Assembly (NCBI GenBank): GCA_963707915.1
Contig: OY970178.1
Coordinates: 3,094,103-3,158,102 of the forward strand
DNA: 64,000 bases
Origin: Candidatus Eiseniibacteriota bacterium
Lineage (GTDB): Bacteria > Eisenbacteria > RBG-16-71-46
Direction: 5' to 3'
In this document: in pieces, positions 59,757 through 64,000 of the stretch
Numbering within the stretch: position 1 is the stretch's first letter
Layout of the letters: each line of letters opens with the position of its first letter
The notes under the pieces: model-generated
What the model was told of the DNA's origin: nothing
The model's input: the letters and a program-made list of their open reading frames with translations, nothing else
The model's database searches: none
Program-made: the position numbers and the translations under genes

Positions 59757-60361
59757 TGAAGCCGGACGCTGAGGATCCCCGAAGCGACGAGGATCTGGCG
59801 CTCCTGGCCGCGGGCTGCCCGGATAGTCCGGCCGGGAGGAAGGCGGCGTGCACGGTTCTCGAACGCTACGCACGGGTCGTCTACCGCTGGTGCTATTCCT
59901 ACGTCGGCAACGTCGAACAGGCCGAGGATCTCGCGCAGGACGTGCTGCTACGCGCCTACCGTCACCTCGGGGACTTCGAGGGATGGGGACGATTCTCGGC
60001 CTGGCTCTTCGTGATCACGCGCAACCTCTGCCTGGACGCGGTGCGGCGCGACGCGCGTCGGAAGCGCGAGGAGATCGAGTTGGATCGGCTCGCCGACCCC
60101 GCTCCGGGGCCGGAGGCCGAGTTGGCCGCGCGCCGGGAAGAGGAGCGCACGTTGTCGCTGATTCGAGAGCATCTGTCGGAGCAGGAGCAGGACGCGCTCT
60201 GGCTCCGCTGCTTCGAACGCATGCCCCTCGACGCCATCACCCGTGTGCTCGGTATCACGCAACGCAGTGGAGCGCGCGCGGTGCTCCAGAACGCCCGGCG
60301 CAAGCTCCGCGCGGCGTTGGGCGATGCGCATCCGCTGGCCCGGGAGGGGGACGATGACTGA
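59753..60361 (+). CDS. ECF (group IV) RNA polymerase sigma-70 factor
   Basis: Region 2 (YRWCYSYVGNVEQAEDLAQDV...) and region 4 HTH. ATGA overlap with the CHAT gene stop. Confidence 0.85.
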   Translation: MMKPDAEDPRSDEDLALLAAGCPDSPAGRKAACTVLERYARVVYRWCYSYVGNVEQAEDLAQDVLLRAYRHLGDFEGWGRFSAWLFVITRNLCLDAVRRDARRKREEIELDRLADPAPGPEAELAARREEERTLSLIREHLSEQEQDALWLRCFERMPLDAITRVLGITQRSGARAVLQNARRKLRAALGDAHPLAREGDDD

Positions 60362-61175
60362 ACGATGCCCGACGCTGCGCGAGCTCCTCGCGCTGGTGGA
60401 CCGCGTGCCCGGTGGCGACGCCGCCCACGGCGTGAGCGGCGCCCCGAGCCAGCCGCCGCCGATCCCCACCGACGCGGGCGCCTCCAACCCGCCGCTCCCG
60501 GATGACACCTGGGCGCACGTCCGCAGTTGTCCGCGGTGCCGGAGTCTGCTGGCGGCCTACCACGAGTTCGAGTCGCCGCAGGTCCGAGATCGCTGCGAGG
60601 GCGAGCCCGAGGCAGTGGCGCGCCTGGGCGCATTCCTCGAGTCGATGATCGTCGGGCCCGGCGCCGCCCCGACCGTGGCCGCGATCCCCGGGGCCCGACG
60701 GCTTGCGGGTGGCAGGGCGGGGGAAGCCACGCGGGTCGGGGAGATCTTCCGTCTACTCACCGGGTCCGGCCGCCTGGTTCCCGTGGCCGGCGCGGCAGCC
60801 ATCGTCGCGGCGGTGTTCCTGTTGGTGCGCGGGAACGTGGATACGGCTCTGCGCTCCACCGTGCTTCGCGAGCAGCCGGCCGAATCCGCAGTCGGCAGTA
60901 TCGTCGTCTTCCCACCGCGCCCGGTTGCGGGACGCGGGCTCGAGTTGCGCTGGAGGCGCGGGGGACCCGACGACACCTACCGGGTCCGCCTGCTCGATTC
61001 CGGGATGCGCGAGGTCGGGTGTGTGGAGGCGGGACGTGAGACGCTTCTGGTACTCGCCACGTCGGCGCTTACCGGCCCGCGCCTCCCGGTCTTCTGGCAG
61101 GTGGAAGCGCTGCGCGAGGGCGATCGCGTCGGCGATTCTCCTCCCGGCGAGCTGCCTCTGCTGCGTGGGCGGTAG
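60354..61175 (+). CDS. zinc-finger (zf-HC2) anti-sigma factor with a single TM helix
   Basis: HVRSCPRCRSLL (H-x3-C-x2-C) near the N-terminus. TM segment LVPVAGAAAIVAAVFLLV. 8-nt overlap with the sigma-factor gene. Confidence 0.7.
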   Translation: MTERCPTLRELLALVDRVPGGDAAHGVSGAPSQPPPIPTDAGASNPPLPDDTWAHVRSCPRCRSLLAAYHEFESPQVRDRCEGEPEAVARLGAFLESMIVGPGAAPTVAAIPGARRLAGGRAGEATRVGEIFRLLTGSGRLVPVAGAAAIVAAVFLLVRGNVDTALRSTVLREQPAESAVGSIVVFPPRPVAGRGLELRWRRGGPDDTYRVRLLDSGMREVGCVEAGRETLLVLATSALTGPRLPVFWQVEALREGDRVGDSPPGELPLLRGR

Positions 61176-61277
61176 CTCGAGTGGCGCGAGTCCCGCCGCC
61201 CCCCCTCGACCGAGCCGCCGGAGCCGTAGCCGGCGCGCGGCGCTCTGGGTGGCGTGGTTCAGCGGGGACTGAGAACT

Positions 61278-61349
61278 TGGTGCGCCGCCTAGGACTTGAA
61301 CCTAGAACCTACTGATCAAGAGACTCTGATCGCCGCCAGCACGCAGCGG
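61278..61349 (-). other. degenerate tRNA-like remnant: intact T-arm, 3' acceptor strand and encoded CCA, with a collapsed D-arm (possible integration-site scar)
   Basis: Minus-strand reading ...CTAGG TTCAAGT CCTAG GCGGCGC A CCA (canonical T-loop, 5-bp T-stem, 7-nt acceptor strand, discriminator, CCA). The 5' strand CCGCTGC pairs 6/7 with the acceptor. Only 18 nt precede a GATCA/TGATC stem with an 8-nt loop, so no proper D-arm or anticodon loop. Confidence 0.35.
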
Positions 61350-61583
61350 TTGTCGCGCAACGCACTGCGAAGAACGGCAAGAAGTTGGCCCGGGAACGAA
61401 CGGGCATCTGCGGGCATCCTCGGGCACTTGAAGGGGCACGAAACGGGGAAGGTTTCCCCGCTCGGATGGAATGGGGATCGCCATGTTCGCCTCGGCGTGC
61501 CCGGGTGGCGTTTCCGCAGAAATTCATGAAATGCAGTGGACATGCCACTGGATTTCTCTGCCCGCCTGGGCTAGCCTTCGGGC

Positions 61584-62753
61584 ATGTTCCGGCGCTTCCT
61601 CGACCTCCCCGCCCTTGCTGCCGAGCGGAGTTTCTTCCTGCTCGGGCCTCGCCAGACGGGCAAGTCCACGCTGTTGCGGGCCTCCTTTCCGGATGCGCTG
61701 TTTCTCGACTTGCTGGACGCGCAGACGTTCCGCTCGTTGGCGGTGGCCCCGAACCTGATCGGTGAGCGCGCGCGAGCATTGAAGGGGCGTCACCGCGTTG
61801 TCATCGTCGATGAGATCCAGAAGTTGCCCGAGCTGCTTGACGAGATTCACCGGCTCATGGAACTCGACAAGTCCCTGCGCTTCATCCTCACCGGGAGCAG
61901 CACGAGGAAGCTCCGCACTCGCGGGCGAAACCTGCTCGGTGGCAGAGCCGGGCTGGTGCGGATGCATCCGATCGCATACCCGGAGCTGGGGACTGCCAGC
62001 CGACCTCATTCCTGGGCGGACATGCTTCGATGGGGCGGGCTTCCCTCGGTGCTCGGTTCGAAGACGTCGAAGGACGATCTCCAGGCCTACGTGGGCCTCT
62101 ATCTCCAGGAGGAGATCAGGGCCGAGGGGTTGGCGCGCTCCGTTCCGAACTTCAGTCGGTTCCTCGAGACCGCGGCCGCCATGAACGGCGAGACCCTGAA
62201 CTACACGAAACTGGGCAACGATGCACAGCTCTCACCGCGGACCGTGCGGGACTACTTCCAGATCCTGCAGGACACGTTGGTGGGCGATCTGCTTCCTCCC
62301 TTCCAGCACACCCGCACGCGCAAGGCCGTTGCCACGGAGAAGTTCTACTTCTTCGACATCGGGATGACGAACGCTCTCGTCGAGCGTTGGGCCGTTTCGC
62401 CGCGCACGCCGGAATACGGTCGTCTGCTCGAGCACCTGGTCGAGCGCGAGATCAGGGCCTCGATGGACTACCTCAGAAACGACCGTCATCTGTTCTTCTG
62501 GCGCACGCTGTCGCGGCTGGAAGTCGACTTCGTCGTCGCGGAAGGGCAGAAGCCCGTGGTGGCGATCGAGGTGAAGGCTTCGCGGTCGGTCTCCCAGCAG
62601 GACCTCAAAGGCCTCCGGGCGTTCGCCGAAGACTGGCCGCGGGTTCGCAAGGTCGTGGTGTCGCTGGAGCCCCACCTACGCACGACGGAGGATGGCGTGG
62701 AGATCGTGCCGGTGGAGGAGTTCCTGGCTCGGCTCTGGGGTAAGGCGATTTGA
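61584..62753 (+). CDS. AAA-superfamily ATPase with a DUF4143 C-terminal domain (COG1373-like)
   Basis: Walker A LLGPRQTGKSTLL, Walker B VVIVDEIQK, C-terminal DUF4143-like region. Confidence 0.8.
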   Translation: MFRRFLDLPALAAERSFFLLGPRQTGKSTLLRASFPDALFLDLLDAQTFRSLAVAPNLIGERARALKGRHRVVIVDEIQKLPELLDEIHRLMELDKSLRFILTGSSTRKLRTRGRNLLGGRAGLVRMHPIAYPELGTASRPHSWADMLRWGGLPSVLGSKTSKDDLQAYVGLYLQEEIRAEGLARSVPNFSRFLETAAAMNGETLNYTKLGNDAQLSPRTVRDYFQILQDTLVGDLLPPFQHTRTRKAVATEKFYFFDIGMTNALVERWAVSPRTPEYGRLLEHLVEREIRASMDYLRNDRHLFFWRTLSRLEVDFVVAEGQKPVVAIEVKASRSVSQQDLKGLRAFAEDWPRVRKVVVSLEPHLRTTEDGVEIVPVEEFLARLWGKAI

Positions 62754-62859
62754 TGGTCTGCTGCCAGATTTCGGTCCAGCGTGGCGGGATGCCGACTACA
62801 AGTGCATCAGCGTCGGGGGCAGGTCAGGCAGTAGTCCCCAGCTCATCTCGGAGGCCGCC

Positions 62860-63759
62860 ATGGGTATTGTGACGAAGCACAAATCACGACGTATACCTGC
62901 CAAGCTTCGAATATCATGCCTGCCACTCCTGACCTGGCTGATCGTTCTGGGTGCAGGGCTCCTGGTCACGGGCTCCACGGCCCGGGCCGCGGTCTGGGAC
63001 TTGCCCCGTCGGCCCCTGGCTGACGACGAGAAGCTCGCCCTCACGGTGAGCCAATCGGACGCGATTGTCATCGCCTGCATCCGGCAGGTGAGGGACAGCA
63101 CGATCGAGCTGCGGTCCGACCCTGAGTCCGGCTCCACCGATCACGTTTCCTATGTCGACGTGGCGCTCGTCCCACTGCAGTGGCTCAAGGGCGATCCCGA
63201 ACCCGGCGACCTGCACGTCGGGATGTTCCCGACGATGGACAGGGTGCTGGACGAAGTGCAGCGACGCCTCCGGGAAGGATCACTCACCGCGATGTTCTTC
63301 CTGCGGCGCTCTCCTCGGGGCTGGATGATCTCCGATGACCCGAACGGCTTCCGGACGGGAAGCCTGCTGGTTCTCGACCAGCCGACGAGCGCCACTCATG
63401 ACATCGCCGCGGTGCGGGCGGCCGTCGCCCGGCAGAGCCTCGACTCGCTCCTCGTCCGGGCGGATCTCGTTGTCGTCGGCCATCCGGACCTCACGTCGTC
63501 GCGGGTGCACGTGGACAGCGTCGTCGTGGGCGAGTCGCCGGGCGTCTCAATCCGCGTGGACAGCCCCGTCTGGGGCGTGGTCCAGCCCGGTCGGTCGGTT
63601 CTCTTCCTGCGTCGGCTGGCGCCAGACAGGTTCGAGACGCTCGACTTCTTCGCCGGCAGCGTGCCGATGAAGTCGGACTCCCTCGAGCGTCAGGGAATCC
63701 CGCTCCAACGGCTCTTCGAGCGCGCCGCAGAGTTGCGCCGGGGTGCGGGACCGAGATGA
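62860..63759 (+). CDS. hypothetical membrane-anchored/secreted protein
   Basis: GGAGG RBS. N-terminal basic stretch and TM helix (LPLLTWLIVLGAGLLVTGSTARA). No known domain. Lower-GC 5' region. Confidence 0.5.
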   Translation: MGIVTKHKSRRIPAKLRISCLPLLTWLIVLGAGLLVTGSTARAAVWDLPRRPLADDEKLALTVSQSDAIVIACIRQVRDSTIELRSDPESGSTDHVSYVDVALVPLQWLKGDPEPGDLHVGMFPTMDRVLDEVQRRLREGSLTAMFFLRRSPRGWMISDDPNGFRTGSLLVLDQPTSATHDIAAVRAAVARQSLDSLLVRADLVVVGHPDLTSSRVHVDSVVVGESPGVSIRVDSPVWGVVQPGRSVLFLRRLAPDRFETLDFFAGSVPMKSDSLERQGIPLQRLFERAAELRRGAGPR

Positions 63760-63854
63760 GTGCGCCCATGAACTCCCGGAGCAGGTGCGTCTTGCTGCTC
63801 GGAATGGTCCCGTCCATGCTCCCGACCGCGGTCGCGGCCGGGACGATGGACTGA
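63756..63854 (+). CDS. 32-codon signal-peptide-like ORF ending at an in-frame TGA; the same frame stays open to the window end
   Basis: MSAPMNSRSRCVLLLGMVPSMLPTAVAAGTMD-TGA, then EGPYVCAPWYCYEYNGRYWYKHWYGGSSEYVYVSGSTTGVTT... in the same frame with GC3-rich codons. Confidence 0.3.
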   Translation: MSAPMNSRSRCVLLLGMVPSMLPTAVAAGTMD

Positions 63855-64000
63855 GAGGGCCCCTACGTCTGTGCTCCCTGGTACTGCTACGAGTATAACG
63901 GGCGATACTGGTACAAACACTGGTACGGCGGTTCGTCGGAATACGTGTACGTATCCGGCTCGACGACCGGTGTCACCACCGCGGCGCTGTCAAGTGCCGC

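Noticed and set aside
61278-61349. Functional tRNA gene
   Set aside because: T-arm, acceptor and CCA are canonical, but only 18 nt precede the putative anticodon stem (no D-arm) and the anticodon loop would be 8 nt. Recorded as a tRNA-like remnant instead.

Overview
The window is high-GC (about 70%) bacterial chromosome. Its gene content and the very large number of c-type cytochromes suggest an Anaeromyxobacter/Geobacter-like or Gemmatimonadota-like metal reducer. This is an inference and was not checked against any database.

Gene order, left to right:
- a methionine-synthase-like C-terminal fragment, convergent with aceE (pyruvate dehydrogenase E1) and a PAS hybrid histidine kinase;
- a TonB-dependent receptor;
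- a three-gene porin-cytochrome module on the minus strand at 8.4-12.0 kb (10-heme cytochrome, beta-barrel, 6-heme lipoprotein cytochrome);
- an NHL-repeat protein and a DUF2723-like membrane glycosyltransferase;
- a roughly 9 kb minus-strand cytochrome super-operon at 15.5-24.7 kb: an OmcS-like hexaheme cytochrome, a roughly 10-heme cytochrome, an outer-membrane beta-barrel, two paralogous LpoB/CsgG-fold lipoproteins, a small periplasmic protein and a 1053-aa cytochrome with 42 CxxCH motifs;
- a divergent CcmF-type heme lyase;
- clpB;
- a glycan locus (GT4 and GT2 glycosyltransferases, a secreted beta-helix protein) split by an IS481-family element with GCTAGC target duplications, inserted exactly where two convergent genes shared a CTAG stop;
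- a GGDEF diguanylate cyclase;
- a frameshifted Nramp/MntH gene coupled to a stand-alone MgtE-N/CBS regulatory-domain protein and a 36-aa hydrophobic micropeptide;
- a PtsN-like EIIA with a NuoN/MrpD-like membrane operon;
- PD40 beta-propeller proteins;
- a twice-frameshifted carboxylesterase;
- a secreted protein built from four tandem repeats;
- a TPR-CHAT protease with translationally overlapped ECF sigma and zinc-finger anti-sigma genes;
- a degenerate tRNA 3'-fragment in a lower-GC patch, followed by a DUF4143 AAA ATPase;
- a signal-peptide ORF with an in-frame TGA running off the window end.

The most promising candidates for undescribed biology are (i) the cytochrome super-operon, which may couple an OmcS-like nanowire cytochrome to a porin/lipoprotein export or conduit machine and a 42-heme cytochrome, and (ii) the CHAT-sigma-anti-sigma module.

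Many long antisense or alternate-frame ORFs in the six-frame track are GC artefacts and are not reported.
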